Assembly: GCA_051294375.1 (NCBI GenBank)
Contig: CM119263.1
Location: 18,004,628-18,068,627 of the forward strand
DNA: 64,000 nucleotides
Origin: Paraspadella gotoi
Lineage: Eukaryota; Animalia; Chaetognatha
Direction: 5' to 3'
This document shows, piece by piece, positions 50,601 to 61,700 of this stretch (within the stretch, counting starts at the first letter, position 1; each line of letters opens with the position of its first letter). The notes below the pieces were generated by a model. That model ran no database searches, had not been told where the DNA came from, and worked only from the letters and a program-made list of their open reading frames with translations. The translations under genes and the position numbers were made by a program.

Positions 50601-53581
50601 CTCGCCTAGAACGTAAGACGTCATCCGAGGAGACGCCGATTCGACTCGAACTTCGTCCAAATCATGCAGGAGCCGTGATTTTCCGAATTGTGGGCTTTCT
50701 GAACGCCTCCACCAGGGGTCATCAACTTCAACCTCTAAATCCGCCAATGTCGAAGAAAAATCAATAGAAAGACTCGTCGAGGAGGAGCTTTCCCCGTCGA
50801 CGACGAGGCGAGAGATATCGTTCGCGTTTGGCGGCGTGAAAAAACCGCTGTCGCCTAAGGTCGGGGGCGGCGAAGGCGACAGGTCTCGAAAATACTCCAT
50901 TGCCTCTTCGAAAGAATTCCCGTCGTCGGTAAAGGATTCCGAACAGTCAGAAAGAGAGGTGTCGTCAATTCGAGCCGCGTCCTTCGGCGTAAAGGGTGAT
51001 CGTAAAACTGTGCACACCGAATCAGAAGAATTGGAACAGACAGAAGAAGCGTCTTGAGCGTCTGGATCGAGAATGAGATTCTTTCCTTGACGTAACGCGT
51101 CAGATGCCTTCGCTGTCGTCGTCATCAACGACAGACGCAAATTTGTCTCTCCTTTGGAATCCTTGGAATTTTTAGCAGACAAAAGAAAATCTCCAGCGTC
51201 TTTTTCATTGCTCGCATCAAATTTGGTCGCCTGTTGGTTCGAAAATTTTTTTTTCCGAAATCGATCCACGCCGAAATCATCCTTTGTCTCGTACGATTTG
51301 AGATTCGTTTCAGCTTCATTCTTTTCCGTTTCGACGGGTTTTTCGGGCAAAGAAAGATTTTTTTCAACTCTTGGTTTATTCTTCTCTTTTGTCGTCGAGT
51401 TTTTCATAAGGTCGCTTCGATCCTGAATTCCGGCGAGGGCTGCCAGTGCCCGAGAACGAATTTCTTCGTCGTCGCACACCTTTCTCTCTTTCACCGCAAA
51501 AGATTCAAATCTGCTTCTTGCGGCGCCGCGGGGTTTTCCCCAGGGCCACACGGCGTCGGTCGAAACATCCTCTGGTTCTTTCCCACTGTTGATGAATCTC
51601 CCCATGCGCTGGGGAGCTGTGGGGAACTCTTTACGAGGGTCAAAACTATCGGCCTGATCCTTAGAATGTGATAAGTCAAATGTCGGCGATGCTAAAAGTT
51701 GACGAGCCTTTCGGTAACCTTCTAAAGAGCAGAGCTCTTTTTGGTCACAAAGAGAGCATGAGAAAAACTTTTTGAAGGACCTTTCTTCAGAAATTGGCTG
51801 GTGAACACGTGGAGACTCGACTGACACAGTCGAGCGATCGTTGTTACCTTCCGTTAAACGACTTTCAAGTTTTATATCGCTTGGTGACAATGATCTCTCA
51901 ACTGTGGCCGATGTATGAGGTTGCGTCGGATGATCAGCGACGATGATGCGGGGATTCAAGTGACGACCACGAAAACCGGTAAGAATCTTAAACGCCCGAC
52001 GGTCATTATTGTTTTTTATAGAAGCCGTACGACATATGACATTGGCACGTGAAACTCGAGGAACATTTATCGACGATGAATCACCATTATCTAATTTAGG
52101 TGTGATCGACGAGATAGACTTATCGATGAGATCATCAATCTCTTCCTGAACCATCCTCCAGATGGCAGAGTTGGACCCAATCTCCGAGTCCTTTAGCATG
52201 GATGATACTGTCGGGAACAAAGTCAAAGGGAACATTGATTCTTCACTAGTGAGGAAGGCATCCTAATCAAATACTAAATGTTTTTTATTCACTCCTCTGA
52301 ACATTCAATTCATTCACATTTCAAAATAGTGTATTCCGACCATTTTGCGTTCTCACCACAATCGTAATTCTCCTTCCGCCTTCCAACGTCATTTCCAATC
52401 GAATTTCCCGTCCTAACTCCCAAGGCCGACGTCTGAGTCCTTGACTGCAAAAAAGGCACCGATCCGGAAGAGGGGGCGAAAGGCGATTGGAGCATCGAGG
52501 TGGAGGAACCCGACGACTTACGGAGAACAGATTTGTCGTCGTTGCAACTACGGTCGCAGTATTTATTGTTCCAGCGAAGTGATGCCGCGCCATCAGAGCG
52601 AAACGGGGATCGGAATCGGTCGGGGAAGACGCCAGCGGCAGAAACACGAGCGCCTTCCCGCGAGAAAATTGGAGAGCGCGTAGCCATAGATGAGACGGCA
52701 GACGGATGCAAGAGAAAAAGGATTGGGTAGCTCAAATGTTAGTTCATCGATGGAGCGTGGGAAAAAAAAGAAAATGGCGATCAAAAGGAAACTGAGGACG
52801 AAAGTCGTAAGTGAACAGATTGGAGAGCTAAGGCCTAGAATCTTTTCATTAGGAGGGGTTGAAATGAAAATCGATTCAGAAGAATGCCACCGCCTAGCGC
52901 CTATCAGTCATAGATTCCAATTCATTTCCAAAAATTTGAAAATAATGGAAACTTATACAATATACATTATACAATTGCTTATCAGGAGTATGCCGTCTTT
53001 TATTACAGTGTCTCAAGCATACTGTCACTTTATAAATGATCGCTGTGTCAAATTGGTTTGATGAATTATTAATTTGAAAGAATAACCGGAAAAATGTTTT
53101 AGTATTTTCATTACCATGTTTATTTGTATTTTTGTTGACACAATGCAAAGTTCAAATGAGGGGGGATTTCAGGTTTGACAATTGATCAAAAAATTTAGGA
53201 AATGTAAAATTTTTTAAATTGTCCTGCTTTTGGTGAAAAAAAAAATGAAAGTAGGCCACTATGTTTATTGAGCCCTTGCCAAAGATTTTTGTTGATTAGG
53301 AATAATTGATGATAATGATTTCAGAAGAGAAGATGCAAAGAATGATTGTGAAGAAAATTTGCTTTCATGGACGCTCATTAAGTTTACCTTCAAATTTAGT
53401 ATGCTATGATTCATCATATAATGTTAAATGTATTAATACAATTTACTACTAGCAGATTCGAAAACAAAAGTTTTAGTATTTTTTACAACGATTTTGTTTA
53501 CAAAGTATTGGACATGTTTCGACTCTTGTTTTTCGAGTCTTCATCAGCATTTGACGTTGTATTTTTACAATCATAAAGTTG

Positions 53582-53622
<41 letters not shown>

Positions 53623-53949
53623 CCAACAAAGAATTGAGATAGGACAGTGGTCAGAATTCAGGACAGGTGAAGGCAAGGACAGGAGAAAGGGGAAATAAGT
53701 TTGATTTGAAATGGTGAAAAAAGAGAGAGAGAGAGAGAGAGAAACATTACATTTTTGAAATGTACAACAAATTGAGCTTCTTTCCTAACTTAATTTTCCC
53801 TAAAAATCTTTACTTACCTATCCTCACACTTATTCTTCAAATTTCACTTTCACTTATACTCCATTAGTTAAATCAACTATTTATTATTATTTGTTATTAT
53901 TCTTTAGTTTACTGATTCATTTATCTTTGTTGTACATTTCAAAAATGTA

Positions 53950-53991
<42 letters not shown>

Positions 53992-55724
53992 TTCACCATT
54001 TCAAAATCAACTTATTTCCCCTTTCTCCTGTCCTTGCCTTCACCTGTCCTGAATTCTGACCCCTGTCCTTTCTCAATTCTTTGTTGAAATCTCTCTCTCT
54101 CTCTCTCTCTATCCCAACTTTATGATTGTGAAAAATACAACTGTCAAATGCTGATGAAGACTCGAAAAACAAGAGTCGAAACATGTCCAATACTTTGTAA
54201 ACAAAATCGTTGTAAAAAATACTAAAACTTTTGTTTTCGAATCTGCTATCTATTGAACAACGAAAAGAGAGAAAAATTACACAATTTACTACTAAAACAA
54301 TTTCCCAGCAAACTGCAGTTCATAAGCATTACCAATGTAATTGGCTTTGACAAACCAGTTGCATATCCGTAACAATTTTTAGATCAAAACCCATCAAATA
54401 CTTTTAAATCCGGAAGGACTATGGTGAAACTCTGTCAGGAAAGGCCTGTGACCATCATTATACCGTGGCGACAATTATTATGTAACCAAGTAGCTGAAAA
54501 AAAATTCTTTGGGTATTTAGAAAGATTTGAATTTTTCAAAATTGATAAAAAGTTATTTCCGACATTACTTTGACTAAGAACTTCGGGATCCAACGAGTAC
54601 AGTAAATGCATTTTTTATAACTACTGTATAAATTTGTAAAGTGACAGTACGCTTGAGATACTCAGCAGTTTATTTTAATTAAAAGAAGGATAGGGGTAGG
54701 AAAGAAATTAATTAGCACAAAGGGTTGAAAGAGATAAATCAGGTCCACTGTAGCACAAAAATGAAAAGCGCTCCCGGGTAAAAAGGTTTATTGGATAGGA
54801 AGGCCGGCGAGAGGAAAAATGGTTCTTTATTGTCACAGCGACAAAAGCTTAGAAAAAAGTATTAAAGGAAAAAGTTTTTATTTTTGTTTCAGACAACGAA
54901 TTTAATTAACATGAAAAACGGACATGTTTCGGCTAATGTGTTCGCCTTCATCGGCTAACACCTTACCCGAAACATGTCAGTTTTTCATTTTAATTAAATT
55001 CGTTGTCTGAAACAAAAATAAAAACTGTTGCCATAACTTTTTTTTAATGCTACCTACGGAACGAAACGAAAGAAATAAAACCATGCCTATTGATTTGAAA
55101 TTAAGTTTAACGATCACATTTTTTTCCATCTTAAATGTGTATCAGAAAATCCATACATAAAATATTTAAATTTTTTATAACAACCCCAAAACACCAGCTC
55201 CTTACATAAGACGCAATTGATTTTCAAGGACACGACTGGAGAAAATCGTTTGCCTAAACGCCGAGGGATACATACAGAAATAACGACGAAGTTACCTTCT
55301 AAACTCGAAAGAGCCGAAATTAGCTCCTGCAATTTCATAGATTTCTTCTTTAATACAAGCTTCCTAGGCCAAAGACGTTAGTAGTTAAAAGCGATATACG
55401 AAGTCATACCAAAAAGATGACAAGAAATGTCGCGAATAGTGGAACGATACTCAATGGAAGGTGTGGAATAAGTAGCGGGTTGCCGAAGTTGACTCTGTAT
55501 ACGGTTCAATAGTGAAATCAATTTTGTTTTTCTATTAGCTTTGGGGTTTTCGCGAAGTATTATCTCGAGCACCTTTAAAAATAAATTTAGAAAACATCCT
55601 GAGAGGTAGTTTATAATCCAACTTGAAAACCTTGGTTACGTCTTGCAGATTTTCTTCTGTTCCCATAAAAAATAAATAAAAAAAGGAGCCAAAGAAAATC
55701 GAAGCGATTTCGTGCAGGGAGAGG

Positions 55725-55782
<58 letters not shown>

Positions 55783-58700
55783 AAGAGAGAGAAAGAGAGA
55801 GAAACACTTGGTATGAAGCTTATTCGAACTTGTTGGAAAAAGTGGCATCTTTTAAATGTGTGACCTCAACCATCATTAAAAGTTAGAAATTCAAATTTTC
55901 CAGTTAAAACGTTAAAACAATTTTGTAAAATTCTAGCATAAAAAAACAAAACAAAAAACAAATCAATTTTTTTTCCAATTACATAGTAAAAAAATCGATG
56001 GCAGAGAAAGGTAAATAATTTTTTTTAGATTTTATCGATTTTCTCCACTATTTTCAGGGAGAATAAACGTCTTAAAAACACGCAAATGCCAAATCCCTTG
56101 AGAGAAAGACCTGTCGAATAGTTTTATCTCGGTAATTATAAGAGACACATTAGTCTCAATAAAAAACGATATTATATTGTATACAAATAAATAAATAAAT
56201 AACTAAATAATAAGAAGAAAAAAGATATTCTTAAAATAAAGCGCCGAATTTTTAATTAATTTTAATCTAAATAAAAATGCGAAAGAATTCAAAAGAAAAC
56301 AAGAGGCCGAAAAGGGAAAAGGAAAAGGAAAATAATGCATATTGTATAAATATTTAAAAGCCACCATTATTGAATTGATAATATTCTTAATAATTATAAA
56401 AGTCGTAGGTTATTTTAGAAAACGGTTTTTGATGATAAAAAAAATAAGCGTTGTCAAGACGACGTCAGGTACATCCTCAGACACCCCGATTCTACACTAA
56501 AGTTCTAACTTTAAAGAGGAAATCGTGAGCTTGGCTAAGGATTCGAAAATTAGAACTTTGTAGTTTACCGTAGTAAAGACAGCCGACATCGATGTCTTTA
56601 TCAATAGTGTAGGTTAGGTCAACGCTCAATTGAATCTCGATATTTGTAAAAAAGGTGAAAATATTTCAGATCTTAGGAGGCCTTTGACCCTCAAAAAAAA
56701 TAAGACAGAATAAAAAACTCGCTTTACACGGAAATTCCGCTTGCTTATTTGGTACTCACCCTCACGGTCTCATTCTCGACGTGCATTCGCTTAATTTCCG
56801 AAACAGATGAGGTCACTTCAAGACTTTTCACCTCCTGCGATGGAAATGGGAACGCGGGAGACAAGAAAAAAAAGTAATAGTAGCGACGTCGGGGGAAATA
56901 AAATAGTGCATTAACAAAGTAAAATAAAAATAAACTTACTTTGACTTGTTTCGGTGGCACAGCAGACTCGTCCACGTTGGAATGAAAATGATGAATCTCT
57001 TGCTGTAGGAAAGCAATCTGTAAGAAATATATAAAAAAGAAATAGTTTGAGTATCATTTTTCTTATAAATTATTATCGCAATGAGTTTTTTGCATTAAGC
57101 AGTAGTAAGCTTAATTTTAATTTTAACTTTAATTATACTTGTCTCATCAGAACGGCGAAATAAACAAAAAAATATGTTCAAGCTGTAGCGCCGCAGTGAC
57201 TTTTGTGTCTTGTGATTGGTAATAGCGAAGCTACTAGTAAAACTCATATCTCTGTTTCTCACCTCTCTATCCTTAGCTTCAACAACTTCCCTACTCTTGG
57301 CCAGACTCAGGGACATTTCATCCACCCTCTGGCCGAGGTTGTCGTTGCGACTCTGTACTAGCATTCGCGAGTCGAGTGCCGACTGCAGCGTTGAAATCTT
57401 AAGCAAAGATTCGCAGAGTTGCCGATGTAGCTCATTTTTTTCCTCCACGAGATCCTGATAAGTGAGCAAGGAAGATTTTGGATGAAAAAATTTGGGTAAT
57501 AAATTGGTCTATTCTATGAAGTACCGGAAGGAAGGGGAACTAACCGTTTAACTGTTCATCATTACGCAACTTATCACGATACTAAGCAAAGCTTAGTACT
57601 ACCAAGCTCTACTACCAAGCTCGTTTGCAGTTTCTTTCTTACAAATACAACACCACGTTTCTATAGCGTAACTGAATGACGACAACCACAATTGAAAATA
57701 GGCGCAGACGCGGAGGCGCCGTCGTCACTGTCGCGGACGCGCAAAGAAAAGCGCGCGAGGCTAGAGCGCGCGAGCGCGTATTTCGGAACAAAGAACGTGA
57801 ATCTTTTTCACATAGTTACATTACGTAAGAACTAATAAGCATAGGCTCGTCAATCGTTCAAAAATAAAACATTTGAAATTTACATTTTTTTACGATTTTA
57901 TATTATTCACTTCCTTTGCGATTCTCATTCTTTATCTTTATCTTTATCAATTTTTTTCGTCTTGTCGGATAAATAAAGAACAGAATTTTCAATCGAATAA
58001 CGCTGCCTATGTTCATAAAATGGACTAACTGATGATCATTTGCGCATCAACAGATTCAAAATAATAAGAAAAAAATATACCATTCCTAAAAATGCATTCG
58101 CCTTTCATACTATCAGTTTTGTCGGTTTTAGTTAAAATTGCCTCCGGTCAAGGTAACACCAATCGCAATGAAGTAATCTGGTAATACCACTCATAACATT
58201 ACATTTTTTTTCATTCAAGGAAATTTGGAGCTTTCCAACGTCAAAATTACAACGATTTTAAACGTGTGTATCTTAAGCGATCTATCAATTAAATTAAAAA
58301 TATTTTTATTATTATTTTTATTCAAATAAGGAACCCTTCATGATGCTGAAAGACGGATGCACGAAGTTCTCGAAAGATTGCGCAGAAGGATTTATTAAGG
58401 ACATTTTGGACAAGATCAGTGAAGCAATAGGTTTTCAATATACTTTAAAAATAGTCGATGACGGAAAGTATGGAGCACATGACGGATCAAAATGGACGGG
58501 CATGATCGGAGAAGTTGTGGATAAGGTATAAAATATTTTCAGAATTAACTTTAAAAAAAATAGTTATTTAATACATTTTTTACAGAAAGCAGATATGGTT
58601 GCGGCTGATTTAACTATGACTCAAAAAAGAAGCGAAGTTTTGGATTTCAATATGCCCTACTTGACTCATTCGTTAGCAGTGTTGATCAAAAAGCTGCCAG

Positions 58701-61700
58701 ATTTTTCCCAGAGGGGAGCCGTCGGTGTTTTGGCCGCCTTTGATATTGTGGTAATTTCAATCATAAAGAGCTTAAATAAACTCTAAAAAAAACCTAATCT
58801 AACCAATTTAATTTTTTTTCATTAAACAAGCAAATAAATAACATTAAATAGGTTTGGATCTTGACAATTGTGGCCGTTATTATTGTGGTTGTTGTATTCT
58901 TAATTATTGACTACTTGTCTCCCTGTTCGGGTCGCCAACAGGCGGCCAGGGGTGCATGTGCCAAAGAAGATGCAGACAAGTTTGGCCTCTTGGGGACTCT
59001 TTGGTTTGCCTTCAGTAACCTCTGCTGGCAAGGTATGTCTTGAGTTGGAGAAAAAGAAAAAATTTATATCGAAAATATTTTTTTACAGGATTCGATCGAG
59101 TGCCCAAGTCCCTTTCGGGAAGGGTGATGACTGTTTTTTGGTGGATCTTTGTTCTTTTTATGCTGGTTTCCTTCACTGCTGGTGCCACCAACTATTTGGC
59201 ATCGGCCGCTAAGCGCGCCAATGAACTTCCAGTTAATACGCTCTCAGAACTACGAAACGCTGACGACATCAAAGTTGGATGCTTTAAAGGTTCTTATTTA
59301 AATATTTATCTTCTATATAGTTATAACAGTTGATTTCTATTAGCCATAGCCGATAAAATTTATATGCTAATGTATACAGCGTTAAAATAATCTATCATGA
59401 GCATAGATTATAGAATTAAAATATTTTTTGTCAAAAATGCTTTCATCTGAGGGTACTAGCCTATATAAAGAATTTTTTTTTTTAAATCTTAAATTTTTTT
59501 GATGGATTCTGATAGATCATAAAAAGTTAAACAAGAAATATCATTACAGCTTTTAAAAATTCTTAGCATTTGAGGTGGCGTGGTCGTTAGTGGTCTAAGG
59601 CCTGGTTTGAGGCACCAGTCTCTTCGGAGGCGTGGGTTTGAATCTCACAGCTGCCACCACATTGAAGGAAAAACTTAAGGATTTCAGGTTGAAATCAAAA
59701 CGGGATTTATTCTGAGAATAATAAGGTGACTGTGAGACACAGGCAGGAGTCCAGATCAATTCTACTGAAACTAAGGAAAGCTAGGTCTACTTATATCTGA
59801 AGAAGAGGATCAGAGGCAAGAGTTATTTTTACAGTTCCATTGATTCTGCATGCTGATTGGTCGAGGCCGATTCCGTCTTGACCAATCATGATTCGGCGAT
59901 TCCATATCGGCGGAGATTTCACGGCCTCCGATCCGTTTCTGTTTTGAGTTAGGTTGATTATCCTGCGATGTTAGATTTTTTCAATAAAAATCTAAAAAAC
60001 TGATAAAATCATCGAAAGATGATGATGATTTTTTAGGGTGATTCTTATTTTTGACCTACTTATCAAAAAAATATTTAAAATTGTTAAAATATTTAAATAT
60101 TTTATATTTCATGAGCTATCTGAATCGGGTCTTAAAATTTTCGAATTTTCGAAAATTTTTTTTGGTATTTCTTATCTATAAATAAATATTAAAAAAATAA
60201 TTACTAGAGTATAGAGCCATATAAGACATTTTTTGTCCATTGAAAGTATACTTAAAAATGTATAAATTTTCGTTAGAGCATGTACTAGCTCTAAATTTTT
60301 GACTCACCTCATTGAGTGCGGCTACCCCTATTTCTATGCCGTGGTTGGTAGTAGGTCTCTCGACCACAATTCCGTATCAACTGTGATGCTTCAAACATCA
60401 CATAAAAACACCTTAAACCTATTTTGCACAATGTCAAACCCAAAACAGGTGGCTCTACGTACCAATTTTTCAAAGACACGAAAACGGATGAATATCGTTC
60501 CTTATTTGTAGAGATGGATAAGGCTGAGAATTTATTTGGGACTACAAAACAAGCTTTAGAAAGAGCAAAGAAAGGTGAGATGTGTGCGTGACCGTGCTTA
60601 TGAATAAGTCCTCCTTTGACATAGCGCCACCTCCCATATCTAGGAAAATACGGAGCTATATTAGAAGGCCCTGCAGCGGAATATTACGAAGCTAGAAACT
60701 GCGATCTTGGAATATTGCCAGAAAGAATTTCAAACTTGGAAAAACCATCATGTGAGTTTTATTGAAGGACTAGCCACGCTGATTGAATTGATATAAAATT
60801 AACAATAAACCTTTGTTGCAGCTTACGCCTTCGCTCTGCGTCCAGGCCTTCCTAATCTCTTAAAAGCCATCAACAAAAAGATAATTCAATATCAATCAGA
60901 TGGTATCATCTTTCAATTGTACCAAAAATGGTGGATTCCTACCGAGGGAGCTTGCGAGCCTAAACGCAAGGTGGGGAAAAAGTGGATTATATTTTCGATA
61001 AAATAAGGCAGTGATAACTATCAATGTTACCACTTCAACGTAAAGGCGGTTACGCGATTCAATACTAGCCAAACAGTCGGAATCGGTAATGTGGCAGTCC
61101 CTTTCGGAATCCTTGTGTTGGGTATATTTCTGGCGCTCATCACTCTTGCGCTTGAAATCTTCGCCAATAAACTTCCGTGCTTCAAGGTGTTTATTTGTTC
61201 TTAATATAACATATAGTCACAAAAATACCGTAGACGGATATAAAATCGAAATGAGTTTTCTAGGAATCCACTCCTGCCAGCGATGAAGAGAGAGGCGCGG
61301 ATGCCGGCGCGGAAAAAACTGAGGAAGGAACCACAAAGGACGGAACTGCAACCGACGAGGGAAAAGTGGTTTCGGCAACGTCAGAGTGAATGTAAAAGAG
61401 CTCGTCCAAAAAAATATAAGTGGGAGTGAGATCGTTGAGAGATATAGCTTTGAAGTTATAAAAAACCGATGTTGCCTAGTTACTTAAAACGAAGAAAAAA
61501 TTTTTCACTTTCATTCATGATCGTTTATCTATGATTTCGTCGGTAAGAAAGGGCGATGTTCAAATCAAAACTCCTAATATAATAACAAAGTGACAACAAA
61601 AAGGGAAGATTGTTGTTTTTTATTCAAATGAACAAAAACAAAAAATTTACAAACCAATAAATCTTCGAAAACTACGCCATTCGAATTGAAAACATTTAAA

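Larger units (their letters stand above)
53450..54248. mobile_element. Young ~800-bp palindrome of two inverted Penelope-type pseudo-LTRs
   Basis: About 320-bp arms, near-identical apart from GA-run length, with a ~155-bp spacer; direct repeat ACAATTTACTACTA at 53438-53451 and 54281-54294. Confidence 0.85.
53004..54665. mobile_element. Non-autonomous Tc1/mariner-like element containing a nested palindromic insertion
   Basis: Left TIR TA|CAGTGTCTCAAGCATACTGTCACTTTATAAA; right TIR TTTGTAAAGTGACAGTACGCTTGAGATACTC. Confidence 0.65.

Noticed and set aside
59574-59659. Functional tRNA-Leu(GAG) gene
   Set aside because: B-box TTC>TTT, indels, acceptor-stem mismatch and no Pol III terminator.
60355-60392. 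Apparent iGluR exon beginning GLSTT
   Set aside because: It hits a stop; the exon at 60449 (GGSTYQFFK) fits the S2 consensus in phase.
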